Shown piece after piece: positions 1 to 9,099 of a stretch of 64,000 nucleotides of DNA. Both the position numbers and the translations under genes were made by a program. The notes beneath the pieces are model-generated. The model did not search any database. It was not told the origin of the DNA and saw only the letters and a list, made by a program, of their open reading frames with translations. This DNA comes from a virus: IMG/VR virus record IMGVR_UViG_3300045988_108551; one strand, given 5' to 3'. Each line of letters begins with the position of its first letter. Position 1 is the stretch's first letter.

Positions 1-92
1 AGGGGAATAATTACAAAAATGTAAGAGTTCCGGTAGTTGTCATCAAAGGCAAAAACGGTCTTAATTATCTTTTCCCGGTTAGTCTACGTTCT

Positions 93-2270
93 GTGGAATC
101 AGAGGAAGGAAAGAAATGGATTTCTTTTATAGATATGCTGCTTGAATCCGGTGACTCTGAATTGTTACAGATGGGTCAAGATGACATACAAGATCTTAAT
201 GCGTATCTAACCAAGTTAGGTCTTGATCCAGCTTCGTATCAAGTATCGTATTTGAATCCTATTTCAGGGCTTAGAAAAGCTCGTGAGGCTATAGAAAAAT
301 TATCTACGGTTCCTGATGTTGTTAAGTGGGTAGAAGATGGAAGTAGGAGCGTGAAAGACATTGTGACGTCTGAAGTAGAATCTGGAATAGATTTCGAAGG
401 TGAGATGTTTGTCGCTCCTAAGATCAGGATTCAGTTTGGCAAATCATCTTCCAGGCCTAAATCGCTTATAGAGGATGATCTTCCTTTCTCTGATGAGGGT
501 AAGACCGTTACTTCTAAGGTAGAAGATGTGGAAGTTTATGAAGAGGAAATGCCAGAGGAAGGGGCTGCCCGGGAGACTCAGCCGGCGCCATTAGCTCAGC
601 CGGCTCCTGCGGCACAAGATGCGCAGTCTTTACCTGGCAAGAAGCGTACCTCCAGGAAAAACTTCTCTCTTATGTTAAACGAAATAGAATCTCATATAGA
701 AAAAGAGGGATTGCCGCCTTATGCTAATATTTTTGATTTTATAGCAAGGAAGATTGTAGGAGGTGATTTGAGATTTCTTCGTGAGAGAGGTAATCCTAAA
801 AGTCTTAAGGAGGAAATGGGATTAGAACCTAAAGGAACAGTAGGTGATAAAATATCCACTCCTTCTAAAAAGGGAGGTAAGACCTTAGAAGAATATGTTT
901 CTTGGCTTTGTTCTCAAACGGATCAGGTGGTGGTTGATTATGTTGGTCCAAGATCTGACGAACAAATTATATCAGAGTTGAAAAACTTTTTGAAATATAT
1001 TAATTTTGTTCCAAGCAAGGCTTTGAATTATTCTCTTAGAGTCAATGGCATGGATGCCCTAAAAGAATATGGCACAAAAGAGGAAGTAGAAAAAATGGAA
1101 TCTGACATCAATAGTTTGGTTTCTGAAGTTTTGCCTACGGTAGATAATCAAACTGTAGAAGATGTTTCTACTGCAATAGAATTAAATAACTTGCCTGCCA
1201 TATGGAGACCTATGGAAAGCCTTGATATGACAAACGAGGAAAAAATAGAGTTTTTGAATAACGTAGCAGATTTCCTTAGCGGCATTCCAGAGTATGATGC
1301 TGTTGTGGAGTCTATAGAGTCAGAATCATATAATATTTTAAATGATGGAAAAGAAGGAAGTGCAGAAGGCGGTGCAGTACGCGCTGAGGAAGATGGCGAT
1401 AAAAAGGGAGATGGAAAAAGAGAAGGACAACCCAGAGATGATGGCAAAGCTGAGGGAGATGTCTATTTACCTGGATCTGAAGAAGGAAGAGTAGATAACT
1501 ATAAGAAGAACGGAGATAAGTTCTCTGATATTGCCGAAGTTACTTTATGGTTACTTAGAAGGGCTGCCGGCATAACCTCTATCCCGGAAGGAGAAGAGGT
1601 TTATGTAGAGGGGGATGAAGTTAATAGCATTATGACCGATATGGAATCAAGGTACGGGATAGACACCATCAACCACTCGCATACGACTAAGGCTATAAGG
1701 GATCTTAACGGCGTATCAGGTTATAAAGTAGAATACGGCTTAACCTTTTTAACATACGATCCTTTTATTAGAATATCCAATCCAAGGAAAGAATCTAAGG
1801 CCGAGAAAGACGAACCTCGTATATCCGAAGAACCGCTTACTCACATATCAAGGGTAACAACCCCTTATTTCCTGTACGGCGGTGATGAAGCATATACATC
1901 TGTTCCGGCTAAGGTAGAACCTATACCGGAGAAGATAATGGGTCGTAATGGCATTAAATTTGGTATGAGTGTAGTCGAGTTAACCAAATTAGGGTACAAA
2001 AAAGCTGGTGGAAACTGGATATATAAATTCTATATGAACTCAGGTGTGTATGATTTGTATAATATCAGTACCGGTGAAGCGTTTAGGGCAAAACCGGATC
2101 TTGGAGTTAAGATAAGTTCCAGTGCATTCATCCGCTCTTTATCTCAATCTGGTAGAAAAATACAAAATATGATGAGTAATATGAGCCAGGAAGAGATAGA
2201 TAGAAATAAGAATCTCGTAGAAGGTTCTGATAATTCGGATTCGATAAATGAGTTAAATAAAGAGTGTTGA
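93..2270 (+). CDS. Large hypothetical protein (725 aa from GTG at 93; first ATG near 135); acidic with a Pro/Ala/Gln-rich stretch; possibly virion-associated; may be 5'-partial
   Basis: Long ORF. The frame carries no stop back to nt 3, so the gene could continue upstream of the window. No recognisable catalytic motif. Confidence 0.75.
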   Translation: MESEEGKKWISFIDMLLESGDSELLQMGQDDIQDLNAYLTKLGLDPASYQVSYLNPISGLRKAREAIEKLSTVPDVVKWVEDGSRSVKDIVTSEVESGIDFEGEMFVAPKIRIQFGKSSSRPKSLIEDDLPFSDEGKTVTSKVEDVEVYEEEMPEEGAARETQPAPLAQPAPAAQDAQSLPGKKRTSRKNFSLMLNEIESHIEKEGLPPYANIFDFIARKIVGGDLRFLRERGNPKSLKEEMGLEPKGTVGDKISTPSKKGGKTLEEYVSWLCSQTDQVVVDYVGPRSDEQIISELKNFLKYINFVPSKALNYSLRVNGMDALKEYGTKEEVEKMESDINSLVSEVLPTVDNQTVEDVSTAIELNNLPAIWRPMESLDMTNEEKIEFLNNVADFLSGIPEYDAVVESIESESYNILNDGKEGSAEGGAVRAEEDGDKKGDGKREGQPRDDGKAEGDVYLPGSEEGRVDNYKKNGDKFSDIAEVTLWLLRRAAGITSIPEGEEVYVEGDEVNSIMTDMESRYGIDTINHSHTTKAIRDLNGVSGYKVEYGLTFLTYDPFIRISNPRKESKAEKDEPRISEEPLTHISRVTTPYFLYGGDEAYTSVPAKVEPIPEKIMGRNGIKFGMSVVELTKLGYKKAGGNWIYKFYMNSGVYDLYNISTGEAFRAKPDLGVKISSSAFIRSLSQSGRKIQNMMSNMSQEEIDRNKNLVEGSDNSDSINELNKEC

Positions 2271-2272
2271 GT

Positions 2273-2803
2273 ATGAGAAGGAGATTTTTTAATGCTGCGG
2301 ATAATTTCGTGGGACGATGTTATAATAAGTTATCCAATGAAGAGATAAAAAGGCTTGGAGGAAAAAGACCTTATGTATGTCAGTTTAATAAAATTCATAT
2401 ACATATAGGACCTGTATTAAAAGATCATGATTCTGATGTTAGTTACATAATGTTTAATAGTAATTGGAATCATGGTGGTTATGAATCTATGGTTTATAAT
2501 CATAGCAATAATGGTATTTTTATATTAGGTGAAAACAAAATTGGTAACATAGAAGACCATATGCAAGATCTAACATATTGGTACGAATATGATCCGAGTC
2601 TTAATGAAAATTATTGTTATTATTATTATGAAGCTGATAATAGTGGAAATGCTATTAAGTTGAATGGTGAGTTTAGTGATGTTAGCACTGTTTTTAACAT
2701 TCCCAGTTTGGAAGTTACCACTCTTCGTGATGGCAGTTTGAGTTTTCCGGAGATTTATATAGAAGGAATTTGGGATCCGTCATTGTATAAGTCGGTTTTA
2801 TAA
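2273..2803 (+). CDS. Hypothetical protein (about 176 aa), N-terminus MRRRF, Asn/Tyr-rich
   Basis: ORF track gives 2264 (GTG); first ATG at 2273. Overlaps the upstream stop. Stop TAA lies inside an 11-bp inverted repeat. Confidence 0.65.
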   Translation: MRRRFFNAADNFVGRCYNKLSNEEIKRLGGKRPYVCQFNKIHIHIGPVLKDHDSDVSYIMFNSNWNHGGYESMVYNHSNNGIFILGENKIGNIEDHMQDLTYWYEYDPSLNENYCYYYYEADNSGNAIKLNGEFSDVSTVFNIPSLEVTTLRDGSLSFPEIYIEGIWDPSLYKSVL

Positions 2804-2829
2804 TTAACTTTGCAAAAAAGTTAATTACA

Positions 2830-5088
2830 ATGGGTGTCAAATGTCAGATAGAAAAAAAGGAAAATGAAATAAAACGGGTTAAGGCTCCTAACGGGGAGCC
2901 TTCCGTTCTTTACGAAAGTGCTTTAAAAGTATTAGGAAACAGCGAGCGGGCCCTTCAGGTATGGGCTAAGGCTTACACTCCTGGTTTTTTGTCGTATTAC
3001 GGTCATTGGAACAACCCGGCTCCAGGGGAGATGTTTAATACCGATCCCAATGGCGAACCTCTTTTAGAAGACGTGCTGTCGTATATGAAGCGTCAGACTT
3101 ATTTTGCTGATCCTTTAACGGCTCAGGACATTAAGGATGTAAGGGATTTCCTTTTGTCTACTCATTATTTTTTCAATGCGTCTTCATTGTCTAATGCTAT
3201 CCTCTTCGATTTTTATGTAGATGGCAGTTTGATACTGAATGAGCAGAAATTAAGGAGATCCGGTTTGTATGATGAAACAGAAATAAGTCGTATTTTATCC
3301 GATCCTTCTGTTTTAAACGAGGTTTCGACTTCCATGAGAAAGTTAATAGATTCTTCTATTAACGAACATGATAGGGAAAAGGATAATTATTTTATGTCTG
3401 TTGACTATCAGTATGGTCCTATTGTTTACAAGGAGGGAGTGTTTAACCAATTTGGTAAAAAAGTACCATATAATCCTTCTGAGCTTTATTGGGCTATGGG
3501 CAAAACAGTAGCCGGCATAAAAAACTTTTCTGAATTTTCATCTGCTTTTGAATCGTTGAGAAACTCATACCCTGAACTGGTTGAGAAATTCGTTTCTGAT
3601 AAAGAATTTGCCGAATCTATGTTTGATGAGTTCTCATCTACGAATAAGATTCCGGTAATAAACATAGAAGGGGATGATGTGGTAGAAGGCAAGAGAAGAT
3701 CCTTATCTAAGCTACAAGATCTGTCTTATTACAATCCTGGCAAAATAGAGTTCCTAAGAGCTCGTATATCGGCTTATTTACATAGGGCTAATGCCGACAC
3801 CGAATCCGATTTAAGAAGCATGATATGGGATATAGAAGAGGCTTGTACGTGGTTTGGCATAGATATAATAGGGACATCGGAAACTTATGATGGCACAGAA
3901 GAATCTTTGAATAAGATAGATAATTTGATGCTGGATCTTGATATTTATGTGGCCAGGCATAATGATGTAAATTATGCTCCAACGCTGGCATCTTCTATAG
4001 ATGATGTTCTTGGTGATAGCACAGATTATTATTTTGGATTATTACCGGAGTATATGGATAATTTGAATATCGTTTATTCTGAATCCGATATAGACCCAGT
4101 AGAGGCATTTGAGAAACATTCATTGCTTAAGGTAGGAGATAATCTATATCAAAGGATCAGCAAAGATGATCTTAACGAGATGTATCAAATATCAACAGTG
4201 TTAGCCAAGCACAACCTAACTCATTTTTCTACTAAAATATATCCTGAATCTTGTTTTAAGAACGGCGTTTTGGATAAAGAGAAAGTACGGAACGTAGATA
4301 ATAATACGCTCATGGCTTCCATTAAAAAATACGTCAGATCGTTCATGGATTCTCAGAACACGGAGGACATGATAATGACCAGGATGGCGTTTGGACACCC
4401 GGCGGTACTTGACGTTCCTTACGTGGATGTGGATCGGGAGTATAGTCGATACATGAACAAAAAACAAGATAGCGAAAACCCATTATCCTTATTCGATTTA
4501 TACCAATCTTACCTTGACAACAAACTCCATAAAACAAAATTATATGATAATGCCTATAAGTATCTTGACTTCAAACCTGGTCCATCTTTGGGCCTTATTT
4601 CTGATGATCCTGATATTTTGAAATCAATAGAATTATCTTTATCTGGAAAAGACAGGTTGATGTTGTTTGATTATAGCATGACCAGTACCGACCCTTCTTT
4701 ATCAGAATTGTTTTATTTGGAGAAGTATGACCCTTCGTATGCCGGGAATGATTTTGAACACTATTTTTACACCAGGCACCCGTATTTGTTAAAAGAAAAA
4801 TCGGGCCCTAATATCGTAGAGCAAGATGGTGTTATAACAGCCGAAGGTATTTATGATAATTTTATAAGAGTAGGTAATGAGATATGGTCTAAAGTAAGCG
4901 AGAGTAGTTCCGGCTCTATCTACCAAAATCTGACAGGAACCGAATCAGAGGTGAAATACGATTCTACTCAGAAGGCTAAGACGGTAGAAACCGATTACGC
5001 TCTATACCAAAACAGATCTGGCTTGACGCAAGACATGACCGTAAGCAAGCCTGAATTGGATGATCTTAATAAATTGGAATGTAGGTAA
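2830..5088 (+). CDS. Large hypothetical protein (752 aa)
   Basis: ATG start 22 nt downstream of a TAACTTTG (-7-like) motif; uninterrupted 2.26-kb ORF. Confidence 0.85.
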   Translation: MGVKCQIEKKENEIKRVKAPNGEPSVLYESALKVLGNSERALQVWAKAYTPGFLSYYGHWNNPAPGEMFNTDPNGEPLLEDVLSYMKRQTYFADPLTAQDIKDVRDFLLSTHYFFNASSLSNAILFDFYVDGSLILNEQKLRRSGLYDETEISRILSDPSVLNEVSTSMRKLIDSSINEHDREKDNYFMSVDYQYGPIVYKEGVFNQFGKKVPYNPSELYWAMGKTVAGIKNFSEFSSAFESLRNSYPELVEKFVSDKEFAESMFDEFSSTNKIPVINIEGDDVVEGKRRSLSKLQDLSYYNPGKIEFLRARISAYLHRANADTESDLRSMIWDIEEACTWFGIDIIGTSETYDGTEESLNKIDNLMLDLDIYVARHNDVNYAPTLASSIDDVLGDSTDYYFGLLPEYMDNLNIVYSESDIDPVEAFEKHSLLKVGDNLYQRISKDDLNEMYQISTVLAKHNLTHFSTKIYPESCFKNGVLDKEKVRNVDNNTLMASIKKYVRSFMDSQNTEDMIMTRMAFGHPAVLDVPYVDVDREYSRYMNKKQDSENPLSLFDLYQSYLDNKLHKTKLYDNAYKYLDFKPGPSLGLISDDPDILKSIELSLSGKDRLMLFDYSMTSTDPSLSELFYLEKYDPSYAGNDFEHYFYTRHPYLLKEKSGPNIVEQDGVITAEGIYDNFIRVGNEIWSKVSESSSGSIYQNLTGTESEVKYDSTQKAKTVETDYALYQNRSGLTQDMTVSKPELDDLNKLECR

Positions 5089-5132
5089 TTTTTGTGTACA
5101 TATATATAGTTTTTTCATAGTTATAATTTGGG

Positions 5133-5165
5133 AAGTGAGGCTTGTGAAAGTCTCACTTTTCTCAT
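5133..5165 (+). terminator. Rho-independent terminator (11-bp stem, GTGA loop, T-rich tail)
   Basis: AAGTGAGGCTT / AAGTCTCACTT hairpin followed by TTCTC, about 45 nt after the 2830..5088 stop. Confidence 0.5.
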
Positions 5166-5592
5166 ATATGCACGTATATCAATAACATACAAGAAAAGTT
5201 AGATTTTCATTGTTTATGAATTATTTTTATTAAGTTTGCAATATTAGTTTCAGGAAGGGATTATAGAAATAGGAAAAAGTAAGAACCGGACGTAACTAAT
5301 AACAGTAGGAAATGAGAATCAGTACCATCAAACGTAACAATAGCATTCATCTTATGTATAAAAACATTATGAATGATTTAGGTCAATTAAGAACTGTAGT
5401 TTCAAAATCCTATATTTATAATCTGATACAAAATCAAACCGGATTAAGTATCAGAACTATATCCCATGTCTTGAATCACACAAAAGAACAGGATACAGAT
5501 TCTTTGTGAAAACCATACATTTTCATACATTTGTGTGTTCTTTAGTTTTTAGATTTAAGTTTTTCATGGTATTAGTTTAGATTAGTGTAGAT

Positions 5593-5627
5593 CAGGGTTC
5601 GCAGTGATGCGGGCCCTGGTTTGTTTT
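5593..5627 (+). terminator. Rho-independent terminator
   Basis: 10-bp stem CAGGGTTCGC / GCGGGCCCTG (two G-U pairs) followed by GTTTGTTTT. Confidence 0.55.
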
Positions 5628-5643
5628 AAAAAGTATTAAAATA

Positions 5644-5674
5644 TTTGTTATTTAAAATCCTGTTCCTATCTTTG
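5644..5674 (+). promoter_or_regulatory. Bacteroidota-type promoter candidate (TTTG -N19- TATCTTTG)
   Basis: TTTG at about 5644 and TAnnTTTG (TATCTTTG) at about 5667, with a 19-nt spacer, about 45 nt upstream of the 5718 ATG. Confidence 0.45.
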
Positions 5675-5717
5675 TTCCAGAAACAATGAACAACGAGATC
5701 CCACCTCTGGTTGTTTG

Positions 5718-6449
5718 ATGTTGAAAGATATTTTTGGCTCATTAGGGTTTGTCATAGTGGGATCTGACATTCTCTTTTGGGCCTATTTTTTTATTATGGA
5801 TAATACTTGTATTCCTTTTGTGTTAATAAACGACAGAAAAATGATTGACGCAAAACATGTTCATAAATTGTTAGAATGTAAGTATGATTTTAAACATTGG
5901 ATTAAGGATGTAATATCATCTTTTAATTTTAAGGATGGAATAGATTATATATCATATAGATATGATAATAATGGAGAACAAATAATAGATAATAATAGTC
6001 ATGTATTTAGGCATGACTATTATTTATTCCCCAAATCGATTCTGTGTATCATCTATATGAAGTGTGATAGATCTTTATTTAAAGATTTTATTTATGATAT
6101 ATTTGATTGTTGTAATATTAAAAATGACGATCGGGTATTAGATATAATACATAGATCTATCGATAGGTATAATAAAAAATGTATAAAATATTTTACATAT
6201 ATAACAAGAAATAATAATAATGGTTTTTATAAAATAGGTAAAAGCTCTGATGTAAAAAGAAGGCTATCTGGGTTGTCTATTGTAGAAGATAACTTAACAT
6301 TAATAGCTTATGTGAATAAAGATATAGAGAGCGAGCTTCATGCAAGATTTGATATCAAAGGGATATACAGAGAATGGTTCAACTTATCAGATTGCGATTT
6401 GAATGATATAATTGATAAATATAAATTCAAGTTGTGTGACATGGCTTGA
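5718..6449 (+). CDS. KilAC-like N-terminal domain fused to a T5orf172 (GIY-YIG-like) C-terminal domain; Bro/antirepressor-like or homing-endonuclease-like protein
   Basis: N-terminal region (KHVHKLLECKYDFKHWIKDVI...FKDGIDYISYRYD) resembles KilAC. C-terminal GFYKIGKSSDVKRRLSGLS...ELHARF...EWFNLSD matches the T5orf172 pattern. Very AT-rich; ATG two codons after the TTG at 5715. Confidence 0.7.
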   Translation: MLKDIFGSLGFVIVGSDILFWAYFFIMDNTCIPFVLINDRKMIDAKHVHKLLECKYDFKHWIKDVISSFNFKDGIDYISYRYDNNGEQIIDNNSHVFRHDYYLFPKSILCIIYMKCDRSLFKDFIYDIFDCCNIKNDDRVLDIIHRSIDRYNKKCIKYFTYITRNNNNGFYKIGKSSDVKRRLSGLSIVEDNLTLIAYVNKDIESELHARFDIKGIYREWFNLSDCDLNDIIDKYKFKLCDMA

Positions 6450-6631
6450 ATTTTATTACAATAAAAAGTGATTAAGAGATGAGTCTATGGTGATATTTAC
6501 TCATCTCTTCTTATTTTTCTGAAAATACTTCTCTTCTATAGGAAATAAACACACCCATATTCCACCCTGCAATCATGATCTTTGTTACGTGCTTAATGCA
6601 CATATGTTTAACAATTAAATACTATAAAATT

Positions 6632-7639
6632 ATGGGTGGTGATAAAATCGTCCTTTTAGATGGAGCCGGGGCTAACGGTGGTGGTGCAGCCACTAACGGT
6701 CTTCTTTCAATGATTCCCGGCATGTTTGCTAATTTGATAGGTGGTAATAAAATGGATCCGAATCTGGTGGCGGCTTTGATGAACGGTCGTAATAACCAGG
6801 ACGGTTTCGGTGGGGCTAACGGTTGGTGGCTCTGGATAATTGTTTTGTTCTGGCTGTGGGGTGGACGCGGCTTCGGTAACGGTTTTGGAAATGGTGGTGA
6901 TTGTTGCGCCAATGGTTTACCCGCTCAGTTGAATAACGATTACGGTCGTGAGCTTCTGATGCAGGCAATTCAAGGTAATCGTAGCGCTATAGATCAGATC
7001 GCTTCTGCTTTGAACTGTTCTACTACTCAACTTCAGAACGCTATCTGCAACGTACAGGGTGCTATTGATAAAGTAGCTGGTCAGGTAGGTATGACTTCTC
7101 AGGCTGTTATCAACGCAGTTCAACAACAAGGTTGTGAAATAGGAAATCAAATCAGCTCTTGCTGCTGCAATCTGAGTTCGTTGATCAATCAAAGCACTTG
7201 CCAGACTCAGGGAATGATTACTCAGCAAGGTTTTGATAACCAGCTTCGCACGTTGGAACAAACCAATATCTTGCAGAACGGTCTCAACCAAGGTCTGGCT
7301 AACAATCGTGAGCAAGCTACAAGCCAATTCAATATCTTGTCTGCGAAACTTGACGCTCAAACCGTTATGATCAACGACAAATTCTGTCAGTTGGAAATGA
7401 GGGAGATGCAGAACACTATTGCTCAACTTCGTGAAGAAAAAGCGGCTTTGACAGCTTCGGCATTATCTCAGCAACAAACCCAGAATATCGTTGGTCAATT
7501 ACGCCCGACGGCCGTCCCAGCCTACCCCTCTTGTTCTCCTTACCAGGCTTATTCTTGGGGACAGGTATTCGGAGGAGGTTACTGCAATAACGGATGTGGA
7601 TGTAACAACGGATGTTGCAATAACAACGCTGCTGTCTGA
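6632..7639 (+). CDS. Gly-rich / Gln-Asn-rich / Cys-rich putative membrane protein (about 336 aa)
   Basis: Start taken at MGGDK. N-terminal Gly/Asn-rich segment, hydrophobic WWLWIIVLFWLW helix, GFGNGFGNGG, long Q/N-rich coiled-coil-like middle with Cys pairs, C-terminal CNNGCGCNNGCCNNN. Confidence 0.7.
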   Translation: MGGDKIVLLDGAGANGGGAATNGLLSMIPGMFANLIGGNKMDPNLVAALMNGRNNQDGFGGANGWWLWIIVLFWLWGGRGFGNGFGNGGDCCANGLPAQLNNDYGRELLMQAIQGNRSAIDQIASALNCSTTQLQNAICNVQGAIDKVAGQVGMTSQAVINAVQQQGCEIGNQISSCCCNLSSLINQSTCQTQGMITQQGFDNQLRTLEQTNILQNGLNQGLANNREQATSQFNILSAKLDAQTVMINDKFCQLEMREMQNTIAQLREEKAALTASALSQQQTQNIVGQLRPTAVPAYPSCSPYQAYSWGQVFGGGYCNNGCGCNNGCCNNNAAV

Positions 7640-7662
7640 TTTTATTAAGAGAGGAGGCTAAT

Positions 7663-8076
7663 ATGGCTTGTGTTTCTAAAATAGGATCGTTGTATGAGAT
7701 GGTTACGAAGAATGTTATTGTCAGTACGACAAATACAATCTTCGGTATTAACCCACGGGCTTGGATCGCCCTTCCGTGTGAGGGTCTTATCCTTCTTAAG
7801 ATAAGGCAAGTAGTCCCCACAGCCGGAAGTGCTCTACCGGTACAGATTGCGGTCCCGGCAAACAGCACAGTTTCAACAGTAGGAGCCGACACCTGTTGCT
7901 CGGTTACGGGAGTGAATGTCGTGAACCCTATTAACGTAGCTGTAACGGGTGCTGCTATGGTAAATGGCACAGAACGCCTTCTGTACTTCAATAAAGTTCG
8001 TGGCGTGTTAAGATTAATGGATTGCTGTGTTCCAGTAGCGGCAGCCCAGGCGTCTGAAGTTAAAGCAGGTAAATGA
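7663..8076 (+). CDS. Hypothetical protein (137 aa), Val/Thr-rich
   Basis: GGAGG-like motif upstream of ATG; followed by a strong terminator. Confidence 0.7.
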   Translation: MACVSKIGSLYEMVTKNVIVSTTNTIFGINPRAWIALPCEGLILLKIRQVVPTAGSALPVQIAVPANSTVSTVGADTCCSVTGVNVVNPINVAVTGAAMVNGTERLLYFNKVRGVLRLMDCCVPVAAAQASEVKAGK

Positions 8077-8084
8077 TTTCAGTA

Positions 8085-8112
8085 GGGTGATGGAGATCAT
8101 CACCCTATTTTC
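8085..8112 (+). terminator. Rho-independent terminator
   Basis: GGGTGATG-GAGAT-CATCACCC hairpin followed by TATTTTC, 9 nt after the stop at 8076. Confidence 0.65.
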
Positions 8113-8132
8113 ACCTAAATAATATTTTGATC

Positions 8133-8621
8133 ATGTTTTCAGATTTGAAGAAAGGGTTTCAGGTACATACCCTTGATACTAATACAGTACCTAAATACGA
8201 ATTGGGAAAGGTAGTAGCCGTATCCGAACCCAGGTATCTTCCTCCTCAGCCGGGTCAGTATCAGGCGATGCAGACCCGCGTGGTGGATCTGACGGTAGAG
8301 CTCACTGGCGAAACCAAGACCTATACGGTTCCGGAATCCCAGAATGTGGCTAAGGCTATGGGTATAACATTATCTACCAGCATAGATCCGATTATGAACG
8401 AACTGAATGCTATAAAAAGCACCAGTCAAGACATAATAGACAGCGTAGATACCCATCGTGCCAAGATAGAGGCTTGTGAATCTATATTAGAAGACATCAA
8501 TCCGGCATTCAAACAAACGAGAGAGCAGGATCGTAAAATAGCTGGTATAGAAAATAAGGTGAATGACCTTACTGATTCATTCGAAGATTTAAAGAAGTTA
8601 ATTGTAGAACGTTTGAAATAA
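8133..8621 (+). CDS. Hypothetical protein (about 162 aa), coiled-coil C-terminus
   Basis: ORF track start 8127 is TTG; first ATG at 8133. Confidence 0.75.
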   Translation: MFSDLKKGFQVHTLDTNTVPKYELGKVVAVSEPRYLPPQPGQYQAMQTRVVDLTVELTGETKTYTVPESQNVAKAMGITLSTSIDPIMNELNAIKSTSQDIIDSVDTHRAKIEACESILEDINPAFKQTREQDRKIAGIENKVNDLTDSFEDLKKLIVERLK

Positions 8622-8628
8622 GTATAAT

Positions 8629-9006
8629 ATGATAGTATATGATTTAAATTCAGGACACAGAGAATATCCTGGATATGATGAGATAGAAGACAGGCGAGGT
8701 GGAGGCAGAGGCAGAAGCCGTCGTTCTGATGGGACGTACATGGAGTACGGACATGGGTTCCTTCCTCCTTATGATCATTACGGTATGCATGAGAAGATGA
8801 AGGAAATGGAAGAACGCGAAAACGAGCTGGAAGAAAGGGAAAGAAGGCTCGAAGAGCGCGAACGTCGTCATGAAATGGAGGACCGGGAATACCGGAGGAT
8901 GGGTTACGAATCCTACCCGACCGATTACTATGGAGACGACAGATACTACGGTGACGGACCTCAGATGCGTAGAGGTCGCGGACGTGGCAGAGGTCGTTCT
9001 TATTGA
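8629..9006 (+). CDS. RG/RGG-repeat and Glu-Arg-repeat protein (125 aa), putative nucleic-acid-binding protein
   Basis: RGGGRGRSRR at the N-terminus, central ERENELEERERRLEERERRHEMEDREYRR, C-terminal RRGRGRGRGRSY, Tyr/Asp/Gly-rich linkers. Same reading frame as the next ORF, separated by a single TGA. Confidence 0.7.
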   Translation: MIVYDLNSGHREYPGYDEIEDRRGGGRGRSRRSDGTYMEYGHGFLPPYDHYGMHEKMKEMEERENELEERERRLEERERRHEMEDREYRRMGYESYPTDYYGDDRYYGDGPQMRRGRGRGRGRSY

Positions 9007-9099
9007 GGAGCAGACGCAGAGGATCCAGCTTATCAGAAATATGTAGATACTTACGGCTACCATTTTTCTAATGCTCTTGCTGATGAGGCGGTAAAGAAG

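Noticed and set aside
1148-1447. Numerous plus/minus ORFs in the track that lie antisense to or inside longer genes, for example 1148..1447, 3486..3692, 4216..4537, 15562..15894, 18062..18541, 22114..22440, 24490..24783, 31469..31672, 47797..48144 and 54854..55234.
   Set aside because: They are embedded in or antisense to much longer ORFs with coherent motif content and operon packing. They have no independent start context, so they were treated as spurious.
6575-6631. Upstream extension of the Gly/Cys-rich gene (MIFVTCLMHICLTIKYYKI...) and of 34527..35282, 57807..58361 and 13461..13853.
   Set aside because: The extensions run through terminator hairpins, GC-rich spacers or neighbouring genes, so the internal Met starts were preferred. 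The ORF track also counts GTG/TTG as M, and several track starts are non-ATG.
9004-9006. Global TGA or TAG stop-codon reassignment, as in some Bacteroidota phages.
   Set aside because: Long ORFs are intact under the standard code and many genes terminate with TGA. Only the single in-frame TGA at 9004 is flagged.
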